The notes under the pieces were generated by a model. That model did no database searches, had not been told where the DNA came from, and saw only the letters and a program-made list of their open reading frames with translations. DNA of 64,000 nt, taken from Tubulanus polymorphus (Eukaryota; Animalia; Nemertea). The stretch's first letter is position 1; each line of letters opens with the position of its first letter. A program made the position numbers and the translations under genes. Shown here piece after piece: positions 50,398 through 64,000 of this stretch. Location: the NCBI RefSeq assembly GCF_964204645.1, contig NC_134027.1, positions 10,696,485 to 10,760,484 of the forward strand, given 5' to 3'.

Positions 50398-51243
50398 ATG
50401 TATGCATCCCATAACTGCGTATTCCTATTGTTGGTTTATTTCGCAAATGGCACTTTAAGTCATTGTCCGAGGCACTGTAGATGTGATATGTTCTTAACTT
50501 GGATCGAAAGTCGTGATTCAAGAATACTTAACATTTCTTCCAATTGGAGCATTTTCCGCACGGCAACATACTTGGATTTATCTCAGAATTTGATTTCAGA
50601 AATTTGGGAATTCCCTCGTAATAAACTATTAGTGCACTTGGTATTATTCAACAACTCTATATCGACGATTGGCAATGGTTCGATGAAAAACGCCTGAAAT
50701 TTGGTAAATCTAAATCTTGGATATAATAGTACCAGTTCGCTGAATCGGGATGGTTTTGTTGGATATAATAATATCAGTTCGCTGAATCAGGATGGTTTTG
50801 TTGGCTTGAAGAAGCTGAAAATTTTAAGTTTAACGCATATCAAATTAAAAACTATCAGACAAATTGATCTTCATCACCTCGTGCGTTTGGAAGATTTGGA
50901 TCTTCTCATAATATGATTAAGATCATCGCTAAGCGCGCATTATTTTGAGAATATTTTGATCTAGGGTATAGTTGAGCTCTTGTAAAGCGTAGAAACCGTT
51001 CTTAAATAGAAGTCGTCGTCAAGTCTAACAATGTTTCCGAAATTTTCAATTTCCAAATTTGTTTTCAGTTGTTCCGCACCACAATCTTTACGAGACGTGC
51101 CAATCGGCTGTATCGAGGACTATTTGGATTGTTCGTCAAATACCAGTTGGATTCTGATAGGAACACTTGTCGTTGTCGGCCTGATATTCGTTATCAGTAC
51201 CGGCGTGATCGTACGAAAATACATACGCTATCGGCACCGGTGA
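50398..51243 (+). pseudogene. Leucine-rich-repeat single-pass membrane protein, disrupted
   Basis: Signal peptide, LRRNT CPRHCRC, LRRs (LDLSQNLI, LVLFNNSI, LNLGYN), LRRCT CSAPQSLRD..C, TM WILIGTLVVVGLIFVI; TGA at 50695 and later frameshifts. Confidence 0.82.
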
Positions 51244-51953
51244 AAAAATGGCCGGTTTTTCAGCGAAATACCGAAACGAAGATGAGCAGACTGATTTCTT
51301 ATATTCACGTTCGACTGAGATAGAATAGAAAATATGATGTTTGAAAAATACGTACTAAATAAAAGAATAGTACTATTTCTGATTGCCTGCCTACGCAAAT
51401 CATATTACGGTATTATCATGGTATAATGTTTAGAAAATATGTGTTACTTCTTCAAACTGTGTTCGTATTTCTCTACTATCGCTAAATGTAAATATCATGT
51501 ATTAATCCATTGTTGTCAGATATAATCGCTCTGTGCAAATGTAATTTTTGTGGAGCAGATGATTGATAATTGATTGTTGGCTAATGCTTTTTACCGTATG
51601 AACTAAACGTAGAGCAAAATGTTATTTGTGTAACGTAGTATATGTAATGAAAAATCAAATGACGTACAGTCAAGTACAAGTCGCGTTAATTAAGTAAACC
51701 CCTGTTTTGCATGCATCTATTTTTCTTATTCGTTTTTAGCCCACTTGGTCCCAGCGGGCTATTTCGTTCATGCTTGCTCCGTTGCCCTTCCGTTAGTTCG
51801 TCCGTAGACAAAATCCAGTTATTTTGAGAATTCATTGGATTGTCTTGATATTCGGATTTGAAAGTCTTTTTACCCTAGACGTATCGGCCCCACTCCGCGC
51901 GGTGGCGCCATCGCGCGGGATTTACGCGAAGCAGCAAACACAAACATGGCCAC

Positions 51954-52183
51954 GATAGGTAGAACACAATATCCGTGTTGACGCGATGAGGAGAGAATCC
52001 CACAATGATAATAAAAAGTCCGAAAATGAAACTTCGAGATAGTAGTTTATTTCAACGTTTCGACTATATCCTAATAGTCATTCCTGAAGATGACTATTAG
52101 GATATAGTCGAAACGTTGAAATAAACTACTATCTCGAAGTTTCATTTTCGGACTTTTTATTATCATTGTGGGATTCTCTCCTC
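51954..52183. mobile_element. Penelope-like remnant forming a ~196-bp hairpin with a hammerhead-type core
   Basis: Arms span 51988-52183; flanked by an ACAAACATGGCCAC duplication; CTGAAGA(52084)-stem-GAAA(52110). Confidence 0.75.
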
Positions 52184-52929
52184 ACAAACATGGCCACTCT
52201 CTCAATTTTCAATAATGGAAATCGTGTGTGCATTTCAATTATTTCGGCTGTTAGGGTTTTAAGGTACAATATAAGTTGATGATGTGATATGGCGATGTTA
52301 ATTAATGATAATTCCGCAGTGAAGCTAGTAACGAACGGTGCCGATTGAGTGTACAGCTGCCAAAAACACTGAAATGTGCGTGGTTGCGTAACTATTTGCA
52401 GTGAATTGCAGACGAAACATGAAGCCTTAACGGCCGTTTAAAAAAAAATTATACCAATCGCAATTGTAAAATAAAAATGAGATAGAACCTAAGTTAAAAT
52501 TCTGGCCATTTCTAAAATGTTATTACTAATTTTTAGTCAGTGCCGAACGTTTAGTTTTCCAACAATAATGAGCGGTGGTAGGTAGTCATGCAATTCAAGT
52601 CATCATTTATTACACGTTACTTCCGTGTTGAAAATCTCGCGAGTCCTGGACCAAACCCCATTGAACAATGTGATCTGTGTGCTGGCCACAAATGCACACA
52701 GATCACACTACACTACCCATTACACACTCCAGTATCCACAGCTTTCATATATCCATCCAAATATTTAGAGTGTCTTTCTTCCTGGATACATCTTAAGCCC
52801 AAAATGTGACCTGGTCAGAACGAAGATGGCCGACTGAAGGCTATTTTTGTTCGACAAGATCAGCACTTCTTACACATTTTTGAAGTTTTCATTGAGTGAA
52901 GTTATGAAGACACTTTACTTAATCATCTA

Positions 52930-53460
52930 TTCATCTATTCATTTATTTCAGAGATAAATTGCAACAATGTAAACAGTATGAAAGATAATACATAATGTTG
53001 TAATATAAAACTGGGATTTCAGAAAAAGCAAGGCTTGTATAAACTGAAACCCTGAAAAGGAATGCTAAATGTACAAAAAGTAGTAGTTGGCCGAAAGGGA
53101 ACTACTATTCAAAATTAACTGCGATAAATACAGAGATATTTAGATACACCAGTATGTTTAATAAATATAGCAGCTTAAAGGGGAATGAATAAAGGAGGAT
53201 AATCAATTAATAAGTAGATACATAGTGGCGTTTCATCTTTGATTTGAAAATATTCAAATTTTTACTGGTTTTTATTGATTGACTAATTTGATACCAAAGT
53301 TTGGGACCCTTTACTCTCAATGAAATTTTTTTAACATTAGTATAGTAATGACTCAAACGGAGATTAGTCCTCTATCTGGTGTGGTGATTATGAATTGATG
53401 CATTTAACTCAAAAAGATCAGCGAACGTGCGAGGTAGAAGGTTGTGTGAATGACATTACA
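52930..53460 (-). mobile_element. 5'-truncated LINE (CR1/L2-like 3' end)
   Basis: Minus-strand reading NASIHNHHTR..SLRVKGPKLWYQI..IK..FKSKMK, followed by a UTR and short tandem tail. Confidence 0.65.
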
Positions 53461-54841
53461 CAAACGTATCGTGATCATCATGTCTTTATACCCTAATGGC
53501 CTATTCGTATGAGAAAAATTGGATCATAGTCACGCAATTGGTGGCCTTGGCGTAATCAGTCTTCATTCGTAGAAAGAAAAAGGTTTTTTTAGGAATAATA
53601 TCAACAATTTTAACTTATAGCCGTAATATTTGATACCACCCTCACGGGATTCGTCTCCTTAGGTGGAATCGGGGTTAAACAGTTTTGTGTTTCGACACAA
53701 GGGGAATTGAATATTGAATTACATACAATTTCTCTTGTTATTTTGGCATCTATGCATATTTTGTAACTACAATTAATTCCAAAGTTGTTGCTGCTCATGA
53801 CACGTTGTATAATTGCGGTGAGATTCAAGGTCATTAGTCTTTGTATGTTATATGGTCACGAGGGGCGTTGAATAGCCGAATAACTGTAGTACTATCGGAT
53901 CATATTGGTATTTGAGCATATTTTGTAACCCCAATCATTTGCACCAGGGGCGATGAATATTGAAGTTTCTGATAGTTGCCCATTTCAGACGACTTCCCTA
54001 GTGGGCGTGGCATCCCTAAACCCCTAGTTATACCCGTGTATATTTTCTTTTCACCCTTTTCTTCCCACTGTATTGAGAAACTGTTGCTTTGGAAAAGTAG
54101 GGCGTGCATGCGATACCCGTTGTATGGTGAATGATTGACACAATCTTTCGATAATCATTTATAATTCATTTTCTAAAAGATGACATGAATTACATGAAGT
54201 TGTCTAATCTTAAAGGGTCCAGTTCCACAGTTCTGAGTTAAGATTTAACTCTGAGTTAAATCATTGAAGATGAACTAACTTTAAGTCAGAGTTAACTCTA
54301 ACCCACAAGTGTGGAACTGGGTCAAGAAGTTTATTTTTATCTTAAGATGAGTCAACTTCATGCAAAACTAGATCTAGTTAATCAACTCAGTTTTTACATC
54401 TCATCTTAATTTCTTATTTCGATACATTACGAGCCGATGTTGCATTGAGGAAGAAGATTTCTCTTAACTCTCATCTTGACTTTCATACAATTTCTGATTC
54501 TTTTTTCTTTCAAGTTTTTGTTGTACATTTCATTCTGGTTCGATGCAATTTGTTTAATACGGTATTAAACATGTTTATGAGCTTTCTACACGTACACATT
54601 TCAGTGTAAGTCTAGTTCTTACATTTTTACTACTGCTCCTGGGGTCATTTTCTATTCTGGAATACTTTTTTTAAATTTCATCACAATCTTGATTATATAC
54701 ATGAACACTAACTGTACTATTTGTTTATTTTCATTCCGTGTTTCATTACGCATGACTATGTTATACTTTCAACCAACTGCATTTTATATTGCTGGTGCTT
54801 TTCTTTCAAATAAATATGTTTCGTTTATTTTCATACTTTCG

Positions 54842-55990
54842 TTTTTAGCCCACTTGGGACTTTAGTCCCAGCGGGCTATTGCGTTCACTTTTCGTCCGTC
54901 GTCCGTCCGTTCGTCCGTCCGAACGTAGACGGAATCCAGTTATTTTGGGAAGTTTTGAAGACTCTTCAAGGTAATGTCTTGATATTTGGTTCATAAAAGT
55001 ATCTACCCTAGACACATCTTCAGCCCAAAAACTGGCCCTATCAGGTTCAAGATGGCCGACTGGCAGCCATTGTTGTTCGCCAAAATCAGCACTTTTTACA
55101 CATTTTTGAACTTTTTGAGGGAAATTTTAAAGACGCTTAAATCAATTACCTTGATCTTTCGTATATATTTGAATCCCCCAAGGGCCCATCAATTGGGTCG
55201 ATTGGACTCAAGATGGCCGTCCTATGACCTTTTTAGTGCTCAAAAATGTAAATTTTGGCCCGAATTCTGAGTCCTGTAGTTTCCTACTGGTTTGCCATTT
55301 CTCATTGCAATTTTTGATGAGTATTCTTTGAAAATGGATCTTTTATACCCGAGAGAGGTGTTTTTGATCAGACAATTATGACGCAATTGGCGGCCATCTT
55401 GGTGTCATCAGTACTCATTCGTAGGTGGAAAAAGGTTTTCCCAAATTATATTGATTCTTAAGCATATTTCGTTACCACAATCAATTGCAAAGTTGTAGCT
55501 CATGACATGTTCTATGATTGTGATGAGTTTCAAGCCCATCGGTTTTTGTATATGGCCACCAGGGGTCGTTGAACAATACAATAACTTAGTATTTCTACAT
55601 TATATTCGTATCTATGCATATTTTGCTACCATAATCAATTGGAGAGTTGTAGCTTATGACATGGTCTATGATTGTGATATGTTTCAAGGACATAAATTGT
55701 TCTATATGGTGACTAGGGTGCGTTGAATGGGCGTTACCATGATCAATTGCAAAGTTGTAGCTCATGACATGTTCTATAATGATGGTGAGTGTCAATGTCA
55801 TTGGGCTTCGCATATGGTCACCAGGGGGCGTTGAATAGTAGAATAACTTGGTACTTCCATATCATATTGGTACTTAGGCATATTTTTTTACCACAATCAA
55901 TTACAAAATTGTAGCTGCTGACATGTGCTATGATTGTGGTGAGTTTCAAGGTCATTAGATTTTTTCAAGGTCATTGAATGGGGCATTGAA
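54842..55990 (+). mobile_element. Helentron-associated (HINE/DINE-like) non-autonomous element; related degraded copy starts at ~51733
   Basis: TTTTTAGCCCAC..CCCAGCGGGCTATT start, (GTCC)n microsatellite, internal tandem units (CAATCAATTGCAAAGTTGTAGCTCATGACATG). Confidence 0.65.
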
Positions 55991-57226
55991 GCATTGGAAT
56001 ATTGAAATTGTTAGATTGTTGAGCATCGACCTTGAATCCGGGCCTTGAATCAGGATTTTTTCCCACTTCTTTACCGAAATGTTCACTTGCCACAGTAACA
56101 AGAGTTGCGACCGTGAGACAAAACATTAAAATGTGAGGTTTCATTTGGGCTCTTGTAAATATTTCTATTCATAATTCTACGATTATATGCAATTCCTTTC
56201 TTTAAGTCAAAAATCGCCACCATCTTTATTGACGACTACATAACTGGTCAATGAATAAAGCGATGCATATCTTTTTTTTCTTGGTTCATTATGCGCATAT
56301 TTTTCGGTCATTAATTTGACCACTTGTTACATACAGGTCATTCTCAATGACCACGCGATTTGCGTTTGACAATGAAATATCACCAGATCCATCTTTAGAA
56401 TCGAGAGCTTCATTGAATAGTCCTCTAACCGCTGAATCTCTGGTAGCTGTTTGCTTTGCTATTTCCATCAGGTCATCGTCATTCACTTCGTAATACGGAC
56501 TTTCTGACTCTTGTTCCAAACGATCGACTTCTAACTGGTAGTGGTCAAAATCTGTGTCGTTCAACGTGTTTTCTACGAGGTGTTCATCGAATTTGAATAA
56601 AAAATCAGTAAATCAGTAAGTGGGTTTGAAATTAGAAATCACAAATACAGCGCGAGGTATGTTTCGAGATATCGAAACGTTAAATTTGAATCCGGATATT
56701 CCACAAAACGGTTGTAGCTGTAAAAATGTTGAAGATACGAATTGTTGTGATATGTTTGGAGACACGTAACAATGTATATCATCGCAATCCAAACTTAATA
56801 AAAAACAGATTTGATTTATTTTCGATTAAATGAAATTTCTCTTACCGCGCCCTAGATTTGGTGATTCGTTTTTGTCCCCTTTCTTTTTCTTGTCGACTAG
56901 TGCATAAATCGTTGGTGCTGAAATTTGAAATGGATCTCAGTTTAGTGACCATTCGGTTCGTAATCTACGTTTAATTGAAATATAAATGGACAGCCATATT
57001 TACCTGGCTCCGTTGATAATGTGGCGCTGCCAACATGCGTTTCCATCAGCTCCGGGTCTCCAGAAATCGTGCATTGATCTTCATTCGCTAAAAGGAAGGA
57101 AACTCCTGACACCTTACTTTTTCGAAAGACAATACAGTCGTACATTATTTGATTGTACGCAATTAAGGAGTTATAAGAGATATAAAATCAAATTTTCCTA
57201 GGAACCTGATGACATCGCTACACTCA

Positions 57227-57421
57227 GCCACGGCACGAAACCTGCCACTATAGGCCGAGTGCGCAGCTTAGATGATGTCATTGTTAGCCAATATAATATC
57301 CCGGTTTATTTTAGTACGGGTTTTCCATATTTATAGTTTATCCGTGAAATTTGGTGCGGCGGGCAATCATCGCACTGTACCTGCGCACCTGGTTAAGTGT
57401 GGCAGGGTTTCGTACCGTGGC
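57227..57421. mobile_element. MITE
   Basis: GCCACGGCACGAAACCTGCCAC...GTGGCAGGGTTTCGTACCGTGGC terminal inverted repeats. Confidence 0.7.
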
Positions 57422-60400
57422 AAGTCTCGATGCCGGGGATGATGGAAAAAGGATGGAATATCATTAAGCTGATAGACGTATCAATACTTTGTGTAGAGCG
57501 GAAACATTTCAGTCATTGAAAGATTGGGCAATAAATAGATTTGTCAGGTACTTCATAGATCTCCAGGCTTCTGGAAACACTTTTAGGGAGTAGGGCGCAC
57601 ATGTATTACGTTCAATGCACATCTGAAGTATCGATTAAATTACCAGTATGAGTGGTGTAGTAGTCGTAATTAAGTTGACCGCTTGTTACATATAGGTAAT
57701 TGTCAATGACCACACGATTTCCGTTTGACGGTGAAAAGTAATCAGATTCGTCTTTAGAATCGAAAGCTGCATTGATTTGTCCGCTATCCGGCTTTCTAAC
57801 GGTTGAATCTTGGTTTTCTGTTTTCCTTGCTATTTCCATCAGGTCATCGTCATTCACTTCGTAATACGGACTTTCTGACTCTTGGTCCAAAGGATCGAGT
57901 TCCAACTGGTAGTGGTCAAAGTGGTCAAAATCTGTGTCGTTCAATGTGTTTTCTACAAGGTGTTTATCGAATTTAAATAGAATCAGTAAATCAGTCAATG
58001 GAAAAGTTTGAAAATAGGAATTATTGTGAAACGCTTAGAGAGACGTATCACAATCAAAATGCAATTTTGATTAATGAAATTTCCCTTACCGCGCCCCAGA
58101 TTTGGTAATTCGTTTTTGTCCACTTTCTTTTTCATGTCGACTTGTGCATAAATGGGTGGTGCTGAAATTTGAAATGCATCTCAGTTTAATGATCACTCTG
58201 TCCATAATCTGTGTTGGATTGCAATATAAATCGACTGTTATATTTACCTGACTCTGCTGATAATGCAGGGCTGCCAGCATGTGTTTCTATCAGATCCTGG
58301 TTTCCAGAGATCGCGCATTGATCTTCATTCGCTGAAATAAAGACAGCTCCAAGCCAAGTTTTCCGAAGGAAATAATCGATGATTGGAAACGCCAACAAAT
58401 CGATCACTGCTAATCGATTCTGAGCAAATACCAAAACTCATATCATATCAAATAGTCTCAAATAATCTTCATAAAAGAAGGATTTCGATAGAAATTGTGA
58501 CAACGAGACCGTTTATTCCGAGGCATAAATTATACGGGCGATTTTTTGGTGATTATTCATGAAAATTCGGTATTTTATCGTTAGATGATTCATGCATGAA
58601 TATTATTGAACTGTTTAAGCACGGGATAATAGTAATGTAGGGCAAGTTTTAAACATTTGAAAATTAAGTGTAAAAACAGAAGACTGATCATAGTAAGATA
58701 TGCAAAATAGTGATAACGGGTTTTCTATAGTATAGTTTTTTACAATGCAGTTTCGAACGAAATTTGCTGAACGGTATGTAGATACATGTACCTGGTATGT
58801 GCCTTCATTGCAAGCTTTATGATTTCATACAATAGGGAAGTTTTCAGGTACCAGGTGCCATTTTGAGGCGGTCCAAGAGGTCCCGCTGCCACATTGTTGG
58901 ACAGATTCTAATTTTTTTTTCTTTACACTTAAACCTTCAGCGCGATTAAGTGTCAAAAATTTAAGTTACGTATCGTTAGAAAGGTGACAATTTCTTATTT
59001 TCTGATGGTGTTTATTTTCTTGGTTGCAACAAGCGGACACAGTAACAGCTTAAAAACGATTCGTCCCTTAAGAAGGCGCCTCAGAAAAATTGGTAATTCT
59101 GTGTCATTGCTGTAACTTTTACTTGTTTTGAGATACAATGTCGAATTTTTCTCTGAAGATAAAGTTTCATTTTAGGATTTGGTTGATTTTGCATTCGTAT
59201 AAACATCTTCATAGAAACGCGCGTGGCCACCGGGTGAGTTTAGTGCAGAGAGCGCGCGAGTGGTTTACTGTCGAAGGCATCTGCACACTTTTTTCTTGTA
59301 GCGAAAAACGTTGAGGATTCATTGACAGAGATTTTCCTTTGCAAAGATGCTAGATACTTTAATTTAGAAGAGATGTTGAATATCAAACCAGTCCTTATGT
59401 TTTCCCTTGAGGGGGTTCTTTTGTTTCCAGAGGGAACGGAACATTTTATCCCTGCAATGGAGGCAGAATTGAAAGTACAACATTAAGCTGGTGGAGATAC
59501 GTATCGACACTGTGTGGAATGGATACGTCCTACAGGTCATTGAAAGACCGGGCACTATGAATGGATTGGTCAGAGCTCCCATTAGATTTCAATTACATCT
59601 CAATGTTTCCTGATAAACTTTAGGGAGGGTACATGCATAACGGCATAACTGAAGTAAATTACCAGCATGAGTACTGCAGTTTCGGTCATTGAGTTGACCA
59701 ATTTTTGCATACAGTTCATTTTCAATGACCACGCGATTTCCGTTCGACAGTAAATAGTCATCTGCAGTTTCGCCTTTAGAATCGAAAGCTTCGTTGATTA
59801 GTCCGCTATCCGGGTTTCTAACCGCTGAATCTCGGTTATCTGTTAGCTTCCTTATTTCCATCAGGTCATCATCATTCACTTCGTAATATGGACTTTCCGA
59901 CTCTCCGTCTAAAGGATCGAGCTCTAACTGGTAGTGGTCAAAATGGCCAAAATCCTTTTCGTTCAACGTGCTTTCTACAAAATTGTATAATTAGTTTATC
60001 GGATTTGAATAAAAGGAGGAAATTCGAAAATGGGTTTTCGAAAGTAGCAATCTCTTAAACAAAAATACAGCGGGGGTATTTTTTGAGATTTCGAAACTTA
60101 AAATTTGAATCAGGATTTTCCATAAAACAGCTTTAGCTGTAATAAATCTTGAACGCACGAATTTTTGTGATGCGTTTGGAGACAAAACGCATTTTTTTAT
60201 CTAACCAAATTTTTCTTAACAGACCGCGTTTAGAGACACATAACACAATCAAAAATTGATTAAAATAGCACTTTTGAAAAAGCACTTCCCTAACCGGTTA
60301 CTATACTTGGTAATACATTTGTGTCCCCTTTCTTTTTCTTGTCGACTGATGCGTAAATCGGTGGTGCTGAAATTTGAAATGAGTCGCGTATAATCGTTCT

Positions 60401-62604
60401 GCTTTTGGAAATAGCCGCAACTCAAATCGGCTGTTGTATTCACCTGGCTCTGCTGATAATGTTGAAGTACCAACGTACGTTTGTATCAGATCCGGATCTC
60501 CTGAAATCGCGTATGGATCTTCATCACCTAGACAATATGAAACGAATAATAGGTATATGTAAACTGAGCATATCACGTAGGTTGATGTGAAGTTCTATAT
60601 GAGAAATCGACATTCTACCTTCCTCGGTTGTTTCGGCCAAAGTATTCTGAATGCGTGAGCTGTTAGTTTTCGTTGGGTTTTCAGGGTCATCGTCGATACT
60701 ATCTAAAATAATTCAACACGCGCAACATGTAATGTAGAAATCTAGCCGGATCTGGATTTGACATTACTTTTACCTATGCTGTCAGAAAGTTGTGTTTCCC
60801 CTTTACAAGCCCTACCAACATCGATGTTTCATCGCTCGTTTAGTTAATAGACCTTTTTCGTTGAGTTTTACCACTGGACACACTTGTTTGAACTGAATGG
60901 TCAGTCATTTTGAATTTTTTCAAGCTAGTCTTAAGTCAGTCTTAAGTTGGTCTTAACTGAGATTAGTGCTAAGACCTGTCTCTGCAACAGGTAGAATAGA
61001 CCAACTTAGTTAAGACCAAAATAAATGGCTAAGACCAACTATTGACTTAAGTTGGTCTTCATTTTAAGTCACGACTGTGCAACTGGGCCCAGGAGATAAC
61101 TCGATTGACTACATGAATTGGGTTGATGATAAAAAAGGTTAAGATTATAGATTATGGAAATCAAACGCCTGCATATTAGGCACTTGAATCCCGTACCACT
61201 GTAATGCCACCTCTGAAGCTATACAAAATATCGAAAAGCGTACGAAACAAAAATGAATATTATCAAGCCTGGCTTTATGTCTGAATACTTTCTGAGCAAA
61301 GAATCATCTATGGGTTTGTTTTACCGTTTCTTCGATCCAGATCGGCATTGTCGTCTGGGTCATATCGTTGTGAGTTGTTTCTAAATTGAAAAATATTTAT
61401 GACCTTTTTAAAAGATAAATCACCAAAATTGTCAGCTCATATCTTTAAGGTGAGCCGTTATGATTGAGGTTAAAGAAAATCCTCTCACACATTTTTCTTT
61501 TCTCTACATGTTATCAATCCTGAAATGGAAAGAAACGATTGTTCTATTATAACTATTACATAAGGTCTTGTGTGACAGATTTACTGTCGTGCACGGAATA
61601 TGAAAACGTTTTCGAAGCTTTTCACAGTTAGTATCCACAAGGAGGTTTTCGTTAAGACTATTACGCAAGAATATCAAACTACGACCTATTCGCTAAATGC
61701 AGTTTGATTAATGTAAAAGGCATTCAGAAAATCTTACCTCGCCTTCCGATATATATAGTCACGCCTATGATAATAAAGATAACCACAAGCCCAGTCACGA
61801 TCCCGACAATCAACGCCATTTTGTCTACAAAATGGAACAAATGTTGCGACTGACAAAAACTTCTCAAACACACTTGCCGAAATCATCAACGTGAGATTAC
61901 GATCGCGTAAATCGGTTATAGACAATGATATACAAATATGAGCTTGGTTCATCAGGTTTGTTTGTAGAAAAGTCCGATATTTAGTGGATGAACGGACATT
62001 GGAAAATATTTACTTAACAATATATACCAACCTGTTGTTTGCGATGGAGGTGGAGCGGTGGCATGTGTTTCCGGTAATGCATTTACTGGAACCGAATTGA
62101 AATGTGTTAAGAAAAATTGCAGTGTATGTTAAGATATTATGCAGGAGTATGTAGATAAATTTTCATGTATTTACTCCTTTGTTTTTGTCCTAGAAAAATA
62201 ATGTATAATTAAAAGAGCAATTAAGAAATAATCTAATCTAATCTAATAACAGACGTCGTAGTTTTCGCGCATTCTCAACAGACGAATCCACGCAAGGTCC
62301 TGGAAGAAACGACTAAACCATATCAAAGGTCAGATCTGTGCGGAATGCTTCATTGGAACTTGAAAAAAATATTGACAGTTTCCGTATTTTTCAAAACGAA
62401 CATTCTAAAACTTTTCAAATCATTCTTTTACATGGACGTACTAACGTTTACTCACCTATTGATAGCTTTACAGATTTTGTCAAATAAGAGCCGTCCATTT
62501 TAAACGACTCTACATTTAAGAGCCGTATAGTTATCTGATAGACCTTTTTATTCAATTCGATTCGATGTTGCAGGGATAGGTTGTCAGTTGCATATGATGG
62601 TTTA

Positions 62605-62734
62605 GAATGTAGGTAAAAATCCTCCCGGTAAAAATCCCAGACGATAAAAGTCCCCCCAGGTAAAAATCGCCCCGCTAAAAATAAAGGATTTTTACCGGGG
62701 GGATATTAACCGAGGGGATTTTTGACCTGTTACC
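62605..62734. mobile_element. Mutator-like MITE inside the Ig2 exon
   Basis: 9-bp TSD GATGGTTTA (62596-62604, 62735-62743); GGTAAAAATCC subrepeats in inverted arrangement. Confidence 0.75.
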
Positions 62735-64000
62735 GATGGTTTAACTTTGGTTTTGCCCACCATCGCAACTGACTTTTCGGGTAACCAGCCGGAGATATCT
62801 CGCATACATAAATAGTTCCACCGTCTATCGACAGCATGAGAACTGCCTTTTCGGGTTTGACTAATAATATGAATGATAAGATACCATTTCAGTTTTTGCT
62901 AAGTTAAAAGTTGAGTCTCATTTGCTATACGAACCTTATGGACAAACCTTTTATTTGAAGTCGAATAGAACACGCTTGACTCAGGGGTCTATTACCGCTG
63001 GGAGGAGAAGCTTGGCACACGCAGTAGTACGTTGCAGCTTCCCCCAGTGTATACGTAATCTTGAATAAAGCATAACGTTAGTGGAATTCATGTCGCGAAC
63101 GTGCAATGATATTTTCGTTCAAGTACAATTATAGTGTATGCTAACGTTGAACTCAACTCGTAATGGCTTTCAAAGTCAAAACATTCGGCTACTTATACTC
63201 TCTAACGTACACATACGTAATCGATTAAATAAGGGGAAAGATTAGACAGCGTATTCTTGTTTTGTCGGTGAAATATCAAGTCAACGCAGGTGATAAAAAG
63301 TGACATCATCTACGATCACAAAAATCTAATGATAATGCAAGAATGTATGGGTAGCATCGACAACAAAAGAGTGATGTTTGCAGTTTTCTTGGGTGTATGA
63401 AAGCCTCTGCCTAGTGTAAGAGGCCACCATTACAGCCATTACGGAATAGCATACCATTAAAAGAGGGATACCGTATTAATGACGTGATATTCCAGCTTAA
63501 TATATACTAACAATTGAAACCATGTTCTAGTAAATGAAAATTAAAAAGTATTATCGCATTGTTGCAAATTTAGAAATGAATTTTACTAGAAATGAAAACT
63601 AGAGATTCACATGGTTTGAATAGTACAAAACCTGTCTAAATCCATCTATGGACCAATGAAACGTGATAAAACATGCATCACAAATAGTTTTTAAAAAAGA
63701 GAAAAAAAATGACCAAACGAAACCCGCGGACAAAAGTACCCTAACAAAAAGGCGGCTAGCAACTATAAGATAGTTCATTGTCTAATCATTTAAGAAAATA
63801 GTACATGGATGTAGCTAGCATAAGTTTGTTATGAGGTAAGCCTGTCTTGATTTGAAAACCCGCTTTTATACAACATCTCTTAGTGAAATCAAAATTACCT
63901 TCAGTCGCTGTACATGCGTAGCAATGAATTAACACAAGCAAAACACAAGTCCGAAATCCTGACATTTTTCTCGTATATTCTCTGAGAATCCGGTAAGATT

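Larger units (their letters stand above)
56289..63965 (-). pseudogene. Diverged fourth Ig-Ig-TM receptor paralog with triplicated tail exons
   Basis: Signal exon 63899-63965; Ig1 (~62947-63200) has TGA at the conserved Trp; Ig2 interrupted by a MITE; TM exon 61738-61824; three tail cassettes. Confidence 0.75.

Overview
AT-rich eukaryotic DNA, probably from an invertebrate animal (GT-AG introns, MITEs, LINE/Penelope/Helentron-type repeats); the species cannot be fixed from sequence alone. (1) 1-~21.2 kb is a degraded endogenous Polinton/Maverick (adintovirus-like) element with pPolB, penton, major capsid, packaging ATPase, integrase, an HNH nuclease and several membrane-type ORFs. Its pPolB is broken by a palindromic CpG-rich TIR/satellite insertion, and its capsid gene is split by a rearranged Ngaro/DIRS tyrosine-recombinase retrotransposon with an SGNH hydrolase. 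(2) 23.6-42.8 kb is a tandem triplication of a multi-exon Ig-Ig-mucin-TM receptor gene: one intact copy with ITIM-like motifs, one copy with a short tail lacking them, and one pseudogene. A diverged fourth paralog with triplicated tail exons lies at 56.3-64.0 kb. (3) The strongest signal, only partly captured by the ORF track, is an intact 3-exon gene at 44452-45348 (-). It encodes a secreted prepro-peptide whose mature part closely resembles sea-anemone type 1 sodium-channel toxins. All exon models were read by hand and are not transcript-verified.
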